This document shows, piece by piece, positions 54,820 to 64,000 of a DNA stretch of 64,000 nucleotides. This stretch comes from Schizochytrium sp. TIO01. Taxonomy: Eukaryota; Protista; Bigyra: Labyrinthulomycetes. A program made the position numbers and the translations under genes. The notes beneath the pieces are model-generated. The model was not told where the DNA came from, did no database searches, and worked only from the letters and a program-made list of their open reading frames with translations. The stretch lies in contig SMSO01000031.1 in NCBI GenBank assembly GCA_004764695.1, positions 5,500,761 through 5,564,760 of the forward strand. Reading direction: 5' to 3'. Position 1 is the first letter of the stretch; every line of letters starts with the position of its first letter.

Positions 54820-56072
54820 TTACAGTCGTCGGTTGACTCCTCTGAAGGAAAGCGAAGATGTCGCTTTTACTTCCCCAAAACGCCCAGATGATGTTGGACT
54901 TCCGTACCCTCGTGACGGGGGGCTAGAACGGTTGTCAAGACTTCCTTTGGGTACTTTGCGTGGTCCATGGCGGGTTGGTGGGGGATCAAAAAGACCATTA
55001 GAGCGGCGCATTGCAGCAGCTCCTTCACCTCTGGTCCCATCAGACGAGTTAATCCTTTCTGGAGTGCCTGAGCCTCCAAGTCCGTTAGGGTTGACCAATC
55101 CTGCATCAGAAGCCGCTCCATGCTGGTTCGGTCGTTGTTGTGATGGAAATGGTGGCCAGCGTCCCGAACTGGCTGAATAGGGTCTGCCAGCACTTAAACC
55201 TCCAGCTGACGAGGGGCGTAGAGGACTTTGACGTCCCAATCCGAACTGTGAAGAAGATCTATGCGAGCCTCCTGAACCATGGATGATATTTCCAGAGTTG
55301 GAGAGAAAACGAGAAGATGAGGATATTCCTGCTTGTTTGCGTTTTCCAGGTCCCAGATCGCTACCACCCTGAGTACCATCACGAAGGCTCTCATACATTG
55401 ATTTCCAATTTGTGATTTGTCGAAGGCCATCCTCAACTTTTGCTCGCAGAACATCGTTCTCTGCAGCTGCTTTAGCAAGCTTTGTCTTGCATTCTGCAGT
55501 TATCGACTTTAATTTGTCAGACTCTTGTTGTGCCACGCGAATCTCCTCTTCGCGTTGACTTTCTGCTGTACGAAGAGCTTTTTGTAGACTACGCATGTGG
55601 CGACCCTGTACCTGTAACTTAGCTAGCAATACTCAGCATTTTATATCAGTACTGAGCACCAGAACATGCATTCCAAGAATGATCAATCTCGACCTCAAGC
55701 ATTCAGTTGAAAAAGCGCGCGAAACGCACATACTTCTGAACAGCTTGCCGACTTACCTCGTGTTTGCTCTCTTTCCAGAGTTAGAGCTTGTGCCCCAAGG
55801 CTCTCGACATATTCTGCTCCATTGGCTACACCGATGGCAAGCAACATTGCCTTCAGGTCGCGAAGCTCACTTTCTTCGACGCGGCTTCCCACAATTTGGA
55901 ACTCTAGCATGTCTTTGGTTGTCTCAAAAGAACTACTGCAGAACGGACACTGTCCACTAACGATGAGGTTTCGCCCGGCACACTCCTCGCAGAATACATG
56001 GTGGCATGGAATGAAGACACCCTTGCCTTGAAGCTCTTGCCAGCATTCGTTGCAGTAGATTTCTTCGCTCAT
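54820..56072 (-). CDS. HEI10/CCNB1IP1-like RING E3 ligase, 2 exons (56072-55757; 55622-54820)
   Basis: N-terminal CNECWQEL...CHHVFCEEC...CPFC RING, then a coiled coil (...YESLR) and a disordered Ser/Gly/Pro tail. A GTAAGT donor at 55756 and an in-phase TAG acceptor join the 125-aa and 269-aa ORFs. Confidence 0.72.
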
Positions 56073-57497
56073 GTTGTTTACTACAATCTTGGATCAAGTG
56101 GCGTTCAATTGATCTCACCTAGATCGCGTTTTCAAACCTCGTCTGGCGATAAGCCTGCTTTCTTTGTGCACAATGAAGCGCTTCCGTCTGGAGGTATTCC
56201 GAATTTGCTCGCAAACCGATGCAAAGCAAAGCCATACACAGCCTTCAAAGATTGACAAGAAAGTGCCCAAAGCGAACACCCAAATATGAAATTTGAATTT
56301 GAATTTGAATTTCATTTGGAGTTGAAAGATTCGGAATCCTGGAGCTTAAAATTAAGCAGAACGAAATTATAGTTACTTTCATGCAGTTTAAATTCTCAAG
56401 CTCTCAGCTCATGATCACTATTGCGTACGCTCCGCTCAAAACGTTTCCAGCGGGTAGATGCTCAATCGGTCTTCTTCAGCTCCACGCAGGACTTCTTCTA
56501 CTCGCGTCCGGCCAACTCTCTTGGCGCTCTTCTTCGAAGACAGCTCTCAAACTCCAAACCCCAAAAGCCTAAGGACACCTTAGGCCCTTCCCTTTTGAAA
56601 GTACACAGTATACCCCCTACCCTCTATATCTTCTATTGTCTAGAGAGGGGGTATCGTAAAAATATAAGTATTTACCCGAGGGGTTTATAGTATAAGTGTG
56701 AGCCTGACTTTGGGGAAAGCTACTATTAATTTCGGTGTTGTCGGCGATACTTTGTGGAATAAACGTTTCGGGTAAACTGGTTGTGGGGTGCTCGCTTTCG
56801 AGTGTGTTCATAATTTGGAGACGAAGTTGGACTAGAATATCGAAAGCTTTGGAGGCCATCACGTGCCCGAAGTTCTGCGCAGGTCCACCTGCACGCGGCG
56901 CTGCCTCGAGGTAAACCTTTCCCATTGGTATGCCTTGGAGCAGCGCAGGTTTCCAGACAGCTTGAAGACGTTGGGCTTGAAGAAGGCAGCAGTAAGCCTG
57001 TCAACCCAGAGCGAGGAAGCTGCTCAATCAGACATCCCTTCGTCGCTCTCCAACATCCATTCAATCAACCAAACCTTCGAAACAACACTTCATGCTCTTC
57101 TTTGCACCAGTCGACCTTTTTACGCAAGCTTTGGATACCATCGCTGTCTCCTGCGAGCGTGGTCGTGATCATGATCGGGATTGGGTCTAACGATTGCAGG
57201 AAGTGAATGAGACCAAAGGTTTTCTCGTTTCGAATTTCATGCGTGAAATTGTGTTATATTGTTATTGTTATTGTTGTTGTCATTAGTATTATTATTATTT
57301 CAAATTTTAAAAATATTGAGTAAAGGTCAATTGCCATTGATTGATTGATTATATGAAGAAAGCTGTTTTATAGCTTCGAAGAGGGAGAAGAGAGGGCGCT
57401 ATGAGTACTTATATGACGATTAAGAGTATGAGGTACTACACCCTCGAATAGTTTCATGTTATAAAACGCTGGTAAGAGATATACCTATTTATATGGT

Positions 57498-57498
<1 letters not shown>

Positions 57499-57556
<58 letters not shown>

Positions 57557-57557
57557 A
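57499..57557. repeat. (GAAA)n microsatellite
   Basis: About 14 GAAA units. Confidence 0.95.
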
Positions 57558-57708
57558 GCGGAAGCAAATTGAATACAGTTCTGGTCGTGGCGGAGCTTGG
57601 CCCTCGCTCGGCACGTCGTCGCGGGCACTGCGGAGCTCGCGTACGGTTCGGTGTCGGAGAGTCCGGTCTATCGCCACGGAACACTTTGTCCACCAACTGC
57701 GAGGCGCC

Positions 57709-59556
57709 ATGCTTGGCTCCTCGAACATAAAGCGCAAGAACTCTGAGGTGTTCGATCCTGACGAGCTTAACACCCTCATGAGAGGACCCGAAGACAACGA
57801 GTTCGCGGGATCCAACAACAATACCTCAGGACAGAACATTCTCCATGACAGGGAGGAAGACGCTCTCGAAAACCCGCCGCAAAAAACTAGGCGAGCCGTC
57901 CAGCGGAGAAATACTGATGGCACCAGCGGCGGCGCCTCAGCGACCACAACCATGGTTGCGAATTTATCTTCTTCTTCATCTTCTTCGTCCTTGTCATCAT
58001 CATCATCATCTTCTTCATCTTCACCTTCATCTTCATCTTCATCTTCATCTTCCCCGAAACAATACTCACCCCCTCAAATGCAGAATACACAGAACTATCC
58101 AAACATGCCATCACTTTCGCTAGGAGGCGGCTCCGGGAAACCCTTTTCTAGCAACTCCTCAAGCATGCCTCTACACGAGAGCGGCAGCTTAGGCACAGGG
58201 CGCGCCCTCGTGCGGGTGTCTTCGCTAGACTATGGTCGTGGTGGCGTTGACGAGTGCTCAAGTCAGTACTCTGAGCGGTTCTACGCCGATTCCAAACGGG
58301 TACCGCCTTCAAAGTTTGACTTCGTTGGCGCGCAGTGTGGTAGCTCCATGTTCAGGGTACTTTTAACTCTGGTTGTAGGCCTTTTGCTCCTCGATCGCAT
58401 TGTCTTACCCTCGCCCAGCTCATTTGCTCCAGATAGTAGCAATACATATCCACACGAGGCAAACCTAAATGTCGCCTCACCAGGTGTAACTCTAGAAGAC
58501 CTCAATCACATGCGCAACATTCTTCGTGGGGAATTGACAGGTGAAATGCGGGCAGAATTTCAAAAAGAACTACACAAGAAGCTTTCATTAGTGCAAAATG
58601 TTTCTCTTGCGCAGATCACTACTCTGGAGAAAAAATTAAAAGACCAAGACACTGCTATGACTAATTTGCGCAACTCCATTCCTAAATTAGAGCAATTTGC
58701 TGGCATGATTGACTCCACAGCCAAGGAAGCTGTGCAGTCTCGCATTTATGACGACTCCAACACCTACTTTACTCTTTTAGAAAACATAATCAACAACGGC
58801 TCCAAGCAACGTTGGGTGTTTCCGTGCACATGGCAAGATTGCTTTTCAATGTCTCAGGGCGAATTTCTCGTTACAGCAATCGAAGGTCTTTCCCCGCCCG
58901 CAAGAAAGCTAGACAAAGACCAAGTTCGTATTCTCGTTCTCGGTCACTGCAGTTCAAACTTGTTAGAGAGTGCAAGTTCGCGTTTTGGAGATCGTTTGCA
59001 GAAGTTTGTTGTCGTATCATCGAGCGAACAAGCCTCCTGTGCAGGTCATGCTATGGACGAGGCTAAGGCCTTGCCAAACTCTACTTCTGCTCAAAAGGCA
59101 CCAGGTTTTGAATTTATTGATATTGATCCATCATCAAGCGCAAACACGAATTTGGATAAGTTCCCAGCCAAATTCTTTGATGCAATCTTCATCAATGCTG
59201 CACCTTCCGAAATTCTCCGAATTATCCCTAATCTTAAGTCCTTATACCTTCCAAAGCTACGCAACGATGGGCTCATTAGTGGTCACGGGTATGGTGTTCA
59301 GCACCCAACTTCAACTGAAGGACAGACAACTAAAGTGACCTGGTTAAGGAATGATATCGGAGAGGATTCGAAAGGGCTTATTCTTCTCTCACAGCTTGCA
59401 GATGTAAAGGTTGGTGTTGACATTTTGTTTCAGGATGCCCGCCGTAAAGATCGCGTGGAAACGGATCCTCTCAGGGTGGCGGGAGACACAACTTGGTATT
59501 TTTACAAGCGCAAAATTTCAATCTCGGACGTTTTTGGAGGAAATCGCCGGCGATAA
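57709..59556 (+). CDS. Single-pass membrane protein with a coiled coil and a C-terminal class I SAM-methyltransferase-like (Methyltransf_24-like) domain
   Basis: Likely start MLGSSNIKRK; TM segment FRVLLTLVVGLLLLDRIVL; motifs FPAKFFDAIFINA, LPKLRNDGLISGHGY and DVKVGVD. Confidence 0.75.
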   Translation: MLGSSNIKRKNSEVFDPDELNTLMRGPEDNEFAGSNNNTSGQNILHDREEDALENPPQKTRRAVQRRNTDGTSGGASATTTMVANLSSSSSSSSLSSSSSSSSSSPSSSSSSSSSPKQYSPPQMQNTQNYPNMPSLSLGGGSGKPFSSNSSSMPLHESGSLGTGRALVRVSSLDYGRGGVDECSSQYSERFYADSKRVPPSKFDFVGAQCGSSMFRVLLTLVVGLLLLDRIVLPSPSSFAPDSSNTYPHEANLNVASPGVTLEDLNHMRNILRGELTGEMRAEFQKELHKKLSLVQNVSLAQITTLEKKLKDQDTAMTNLRNSIPKLEQFAGMIDSTAKEAVQSRIYDDSNTYFTLLENIINNGSKQRWVFPCTWQDCFSMSQGEFLVTAIEGLSPPARKLDKDQVRILVLGHCSSNLLESASSRFGDRLQKFVVVSSSEQASCAGHAMDEAKALPNSTSAQKAPGFEFIDIDPSSSANTNLDKFPAKFFDAIFINAAPSEILRIIPNLKSLYLPKLRNDGLISGHGYGVQHPTSTEGQTTKVTWLRNDIGEDSKGLILLSQLADVKVGVDILFQDARRKDRVETDPLRVAGDTTWYFYKRKISISDVFGGNRRR

Positions 59557-59978
59557 CCTGTGTGTATTCTCACATTTGCTTTCAATACATTTTTTTCTGA
59601 TCACAACTATTGCATAAGATTGCAAATAAAACTTAATTAAAAAACGTTTCCTCGTTCATATTCATCTGTCCCACGCCAATTTTAAAATGAACATGAAAAG
59701 GTGTACTTCATCTTCATCACGCACAGATAAAAGAGCCATCTGCTTGGCTTGAAATGTATACCCTTTTCGCTCTTCATTCGAGCTTTGGATAATTTCTTTT
59801 TAACATGGTCAACAAGTTTTTCTAGATTAACAACAAAATACATACATAATGAAAGAATCTAAATCTAGTGTACATAATCCTCGTGGATTGGTTGTGACTT
59901 TGTTGTTCCTGAGCATGTTTCATACCAACCTGGTACTAATGACTAACAAGATGCCTCTCACAAACTAATCGCGTAGTT

Positions 59979-62900
59979 TTACAGGATAGAAATTGTGCTT
60001 AGGATGAGGTTTACAAAAGCCGCCTCGCTGATGTCCTCTTGGTCATCTGATATATGAGCGAAGACTGCACTGACCTCCCCAGCAGCAAGTAAATGGGCTA
60101 GCTCGGGCTGTCGCAGAAGGAACCTTTTCAAGTCACCGTTCGGTTGCTCAAGAGCATCGCGAAACTCTCCTAGGTTTATATACCCAGATTGGTCACGGTC
60201 AATCATTCGAAAAATAATTTCTGCTTCGCGTTGGAGACGATGTTGTCCAAGCTCGCGTGCGGCCGCACTTATAAATTCAGTACGCGAGGAAGCTGCTAAA
60301 TGATCTATATGGAGTTTGCGACGGAGGCTTGAGGATGCGAATGCTTTTGTAGCTTGCGCACGATCTTCTGCTCCTTGTAGGGCTGCCTTGGCATGAAGAA
60401 TAAAATCTTCGGAACTCACTTCCCCAGACTTGGCTCGCTGCAACATCATAGAGAAAACAAAAGGCCGAAGAAGTCCTGGCATGGATGGAGAAAGTCTGAT
60501 AAATGCTAGGACATCTGGACGGAACATGGCCTTCTGTAACTCAGCAAGGGATATACTTGCAGAGTTATCAGTATCAAGCAATTCAAATGTGCGCTCTAAA
60601 TCCTCGTCTAGTTGCTGTTCTCGGCACACACGTTCACATACTGTTTGGAACTCTTGAGCATCGACTTGTCCTAATTCTAGAAATAGGCGATCCAGAAAAT
60701 AGCTGTCGCGTAGTACATGAAGTGCAGGGACAGCATCCAGGATTGTTGCCACATGATCCATCGCGAGGCCAGCGAGGATTTCGTGCCGACTAAGGCTTCC
60801 ATTGCCGTCCGTATCTAGTGAGTGAAATAAGTCTGCAAAATCCACTGGCGCCTGGAAGCAGTCCTGACAAGATAATGGAACCTCCCATTGCGCAATGTTT
60901 AGAGCTTTGCTGCGATAAAAACAGAGACCATTTGGTGTAAGAACCTGCTCCCAATCTTCGGCAGCAGCCCAGTCATGGTCACCACGAGCAAGGCGAAATA
61001 TACGATGACAGTGCACATGCACCTCCTCAACACCGTCCTCATATTGTATTGTATATTCGTTGAGGGCATCCGTTCGTAACACTACAGCTGGGAAAAAGAC
61101 ACTTTCAGATTCATCTAAACTCGCTCCATCGCTATAATCAGAGAACCCACTACTAGAGCGCATAATAGTAGGCTTTGATAATACCTTACAAAGCATACCA
61201 TCGGGAAATACGTCCGCATCCCGAAGCAGAATTGCTTCGAGATCTACAGCATCCTCATCATCACCATCTTCATATTCAATAGAAAAAGTGCCATTCATAT
61301 TAATCCGTGCAATGCGACCCGGGTACCAGTATTCCCCATTTTCAAATTGTGCATACACAAATACACCCAGAGTAACCATTTCACGAGGAAGACTCCATGT
61401 AGTTTGGCCAGATAGAGTATCATGGTAGTATGGATTCCCTTCTTCATCCTCAAGGACCTCCCAAGCGCTATTTCCAGTGGGAGTAGGGCTTTTAGTGGGC
61501 ATTTCCAGTTCTTCATTGGAACTTTGGACAGAGACCGACAATTCGTGCTCAGAGTAGCGGACAACCTTGTCCTCATACGAGACCTCCCCGGTTTCATGAT
61601 TATAGTAGTATATACTTCCATCGTCTGCTTCAAGTGCCTCCCAAGACGAATGGAGAGAGCTCTTTAGCGTAATGAAGCCCGGTGGTAGCTCCCATACAGA
61701 CTCGCCAGTGTTAGCATTTGCATAAAAGACATTGCCATGATCATCTTCGCAAATATACCATGGCACTGATGCACTTGAAGCCTGATCAAAATGTAATACA
61801 TGCTTGTTATCCTTGCCCTTGGGAGTTGACGCCAAATTCATACCAAAGGGTGGGGACCATCGGGATTCACCCGTATCCTTGGAATAGTAAAAGTCAGCAC
61901 CCGTTGCTTCATCTTGCCAAATCTCCCATATATCCGCTACAGCGCGATGCACACGATTGCGGGCTAGAAATCCGCGGATAAGGCGCTGCACATTGAGAAT
62001 TGCTTCCGATTCATGGACAGGCGTTGTTAGGGCAGATGACTGCGCACTCTCTCTGCTTTTTGCGCGCTCTTCTGCGGCCATTTCTGCTTGGCGTCTTTGG
62101 AAGGACGTGAATGCATCGTAATCTACTCCCTTGAGGTTGCGAAGCATGAAATTGAAATTCTCCACGATAAATTGGTTTTGTGGGTCAATCTGTAAAGCAG
62201 AAAGGTAGTATTCTTCTGCCAACTCATAATCTGGGTAAATGTGAATGCTGCTAGTGGTCGTTGTACCAAAAAACTGAAGACACAAAGCATAATTTAGCAA
62301 AGCAGTCGAATTTTGAGGTTGCTCAATTGTAGCTTGCCGATAGAAGCCAGCCTCTGCAAGGTGAAAAACAGCCATGGACGGGTCTACTGTGTAAGCACGG
62401 CTTACAAAATCCATAATGACATCAAAATCGTCTTCGAGATTGGATGCAAGAAATATGGCATAGTTCATGAGTACGAAGGGATTATCAGGTCCTCTTTCCA
62501 TCATATAATTCATTGCACGATGGAACAGGGGTCTTGCTTTGTCAGTTTTATGTTCGATAACGAATAGATACAGCATGTAATTGCACAAATTTACAATCCC
62601 CTGACGATCGGTTTCACTCGTTTCGATTCGGAAAGGGTTTTCCAAGTACTTATCTTCTGCACAGCGCATAATTTCAACACCACGCAACAAAGTACGAAGT
62701 TTTTTCCGTGCTCGTTTCCCGCGGTACGCATTTTGCAATCGAATTGCACACTTTGCCTCCGTTTGGGTAAAGCCTTGACTAATTACCTGCCATAATTCAT
62801 TGAACTTGGCAAGATCATACATTTCAAGTTTTGCTGGCTTTTCAAATGAACATGCTTTGGTGAGCTGATTATGATAAAATTTGACATCAGGCCATCGCAT

Positions 62901-63992
62901 TAGGTACTCATCAAATATGCCCCAAGAACGTAAATGCCTTGTGCTTGGATCTGCAAGAATAGCATCCCAGTCTTCTCTTGTCTTTGGAGCTGGTGACACC
63001 TCTCTGGTGTGTAGCTGTCGTGCACATCGTCGCCCAAGGTAGCCACGCCAGATCCTTTGAATTGTTTTGGTGCTTTCCAGGCGGTGCCGTTCATGTAACA
63101 AGCGAGCTCGCTCTTGCTTGAACCACTTTACAGTGTAGTAAGTTCGCCAAGCATTTTGAATAATACGACACGCTGCAGACTGGACGCGGAGAAGTTCTAC
63201 TCTCCGTTTTGCCTGAAATGTCCTCCAGCGGCTTTGCAAACGGATTGCCATGTCACGCATGACTCGCTGGCGCCAAGCACGGACCACAGCAATGTAGCGA
63301 CGATATGCGACCTGAATTGTCAATGCTGCGGACTCACGGCGAAGCTTTTCACGAAGTTCCTTGTTCTCTTCGTCCCAGTACCGCTGATAATCATTTAGAT
63401 TGATACCTTCGAGCTCAGCAATTTCTGGATCAAGAATAGCCAAGTCTAATTCGTCTGGTTCATGGGCAAATTCTGCACTACCACGAAGCTTCTTTTGGAC
63501 CTTTCGTTCAATATATTTACCACCTCTTCCTGGCGGCGGACGACCCCCAATTCCAGCATCAACAGTCTGTCCAGTGCGACTGTTGTAAAACACGATGCCC
63601 TGTTTTTGTTCATCCCATTGCTGTTCCCAATCATCTGTTGCCTCTGGCAAATCGTAAATTTCAGGTGGGGTCACCCACTGGAATTTCTGCAGATCTGGAT
63701 TGTACCAGAAAGCTTCACCCGAGAGTTCATCATCACGCCTGCGTGCTTCATAATATCCCAACGTCTCAAATTCTGAGATATCAATAGGCTCGCCAAGGAG
63801 TCGATAGCGCTGCCAGGAGCTCGAGGTTAGAATTCCCATTTCAACTTCAAGTTGACTCCTGGTCGACAGTAGATCGAGCCAGCTGTCCATTGTTAAATTA
63901 GGTAAATCCCTTTTCTGATGCGTTTCATGTGCTTGAACAATGGAGATGTTTCGTTTACTATTTCCTTTGTTGTATTCTTTTGTGAACTTCAC
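59979..63992 (-). CDS. Multidomain WW / IQ / TPR-like / Tudor-like / EF-hand protein, 5' part outside the window
   Basis: WW domains (WEIWQDEATGADFYYSKDTGESRWSPP and others), IQ motifs (IQVAYRRY, IQRIWRGYLGRR), WYPGRIARINMNGTFSIEYEDGD, and EF-hands (LDTDGNGSLSRHE, IDRDQSGYINLGEF). The frame is open to the window edge. Confidence 0.88.
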   Translation of the reverse strand: MKFTKEYNKGNSKRNISIVQAHETHQKRDLPNLTMDSWLDLLSTRSQLEVEMGILTSSSWQRYRLLGEPIDISEFETLGYYEARRRDDELSGEAFWYNPDLQKFQWVTPPEIYDLPEATDDWEQQWDEQKQGIVFYNSRTGQTVDAGIGGRPPPGRGGKYIERKVQKKLRGSAEFAHEPDELDLAILDPEIAELEGINLNDYQRYWDEENKELREKLRRESAALTIQVAYRRYIAVVRAWRQRVMRDMAIRLQSRWRTFQAKRRVELLRVQSAACRIIQNAWRTYYTVKWFKQERARLLHERHRLESTKTIQRIWRGYLGRRCARQLHTREVSPAPKTREDWDAILADPSTRHLRSWGIFDEYLMRWPDVKFYHNQLTKACSFEKPAKLEMYDLAKFNELWQVISQGFTQTEAKCAIRLQNAYRGKRARKKLRTLLRGVEIMRCAEDKYLENPFRIETSETDRQGIVNLCNYMLYLFVIEHKTDKARPLFHRAMNYMMERGPDNPFVLMNYAIFLASNLEDDFDVIMDFVSRAYTVDPSMAVFHLAEAGFYRQATIEQPQNSTALLNYALCLQFFGTTTTSSIHIYPDYELAEEYYLSALQIDPQNQFIVENFNFMLRNLKGVDYDAFTSFQRRQAEMAAEERAKSRESAQSSALTTPVHESEAILNVQRLIRGFLARNRVHRAVADIWEIWQDEATGADFYYSKDTGESRWSPPFGMNLASTPKGKDNKHVLHFDQASSASVPWYICEDDHGNVFYANANTGESVWELPPGFITLKSSLHSSWEALEADDGSIYYYNHETGEVSYEDKVVRYSEHELSVSVQSSNEELEMPTKSPTPTGNSAWEVLEDEEGNPYYHDTLSGQTTWSLPREMVTLGVFVYAQFENGEYWYPGRIARINMNGTFSIEYEDGDDEDAVDLEAILLRDADVFPDGMLCKVLSKPTIMRSSSGFSDYSDGASLDESESVFFPAVVLRTDALNEYTIQYEDGVEEVHVHCHRIFRLARGDHDWAAAEDWEQVLTPNGLCFYRSKALNIAQWEVPLSCQDCFQAPVDFADLFHSLDTDGNGSLSRHEILAGLAMDHVATILDAVPALHVLRDSYFLDRLFLELGQVDAQEFQTVCERVCREQQLDEDLERTFELLDTDNSASISLAELQKAMFRPDVLAFIRLSPSMPGLLRPFVFSMMLQRAKSGEVSSEDFILHAKAALQGAEDRAQATKAFASSSLRRKLHIDHLAASSRTEFISAAARELGQHRLQREAEIIFRMIDRDQSGYINLGEFRDALEQPNGDLKRFLLRQPELAHLLAAGEVSAVFAHISDDQEDISEAAFVNLILSTISIL

Positions 63993-64000
63993 CTGTCCAA

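Noticed and set aside
56381-57206. Overlapping short ORFs between the HEI10-like and methyltransferase-like genes
   Set aside because: Composition is coding-like, but I could not build a consistent spliced model or identify a domain.
57493-57708. N-terminal ERKK-repeat extension of the 687-aa ORF
   Set aside because: It is the translation of a (GAAA)n microsatellite; the ATG at 57709 is the more plausible start.

Overview
Eukaryotic DNA, most likely from a thraustochytrid (Labyrinthulomycetes; the 18S reads as Aurantiochytrium/Schizochytrium-like, which is recognition, not a database result). The left third (1-22.6 kb) is AT-rich and gene-poor. It holds a degenerate 5S copy, four tRNAs (Arg-ACG, His-GTG, intron-containing Ser-GCT, Gly-GCC), one minus-strand 18S-5.8S-28S unit, a ~385-bp tandem array (16.3-20.5 kb) and a tandemly duplicated 5S gene on the plus strand. 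The main result is that the ~385-bp array, which looks non-coding and is missed by the ORF track, reads as a complete 13-exon minus-strand gene. It has a 65-nt ATG exon, eleven 84-nt phase-2/phase-2 exons each encoding one 28-aa ribonuclease-inhibitor-class leucine-rich repeat (LRR), and a terminal exon, for about 434 aa. Introns and LRR scaffold codons are nearly identical between units, while the few codons on the predicted concave ligand-binding face are hypervariable. This is the signature expected of a diversifying, exon-cassette receptor. The right two thirds are ordinary intron-poor genes: an NRT2 nitrate transporter, an F-box/ApaG protein, two tandem TPR paralogs with a gene-converted 3' end and a possible degenerate HET/TIR-like domain, an ING-like PHD protein, an EF-hand protein, an LRR/coiled-coil protein, a HEI10-like RING protein, a methyltransferase-like membrane protein and a partial WW/IQ/EF-hand protein.
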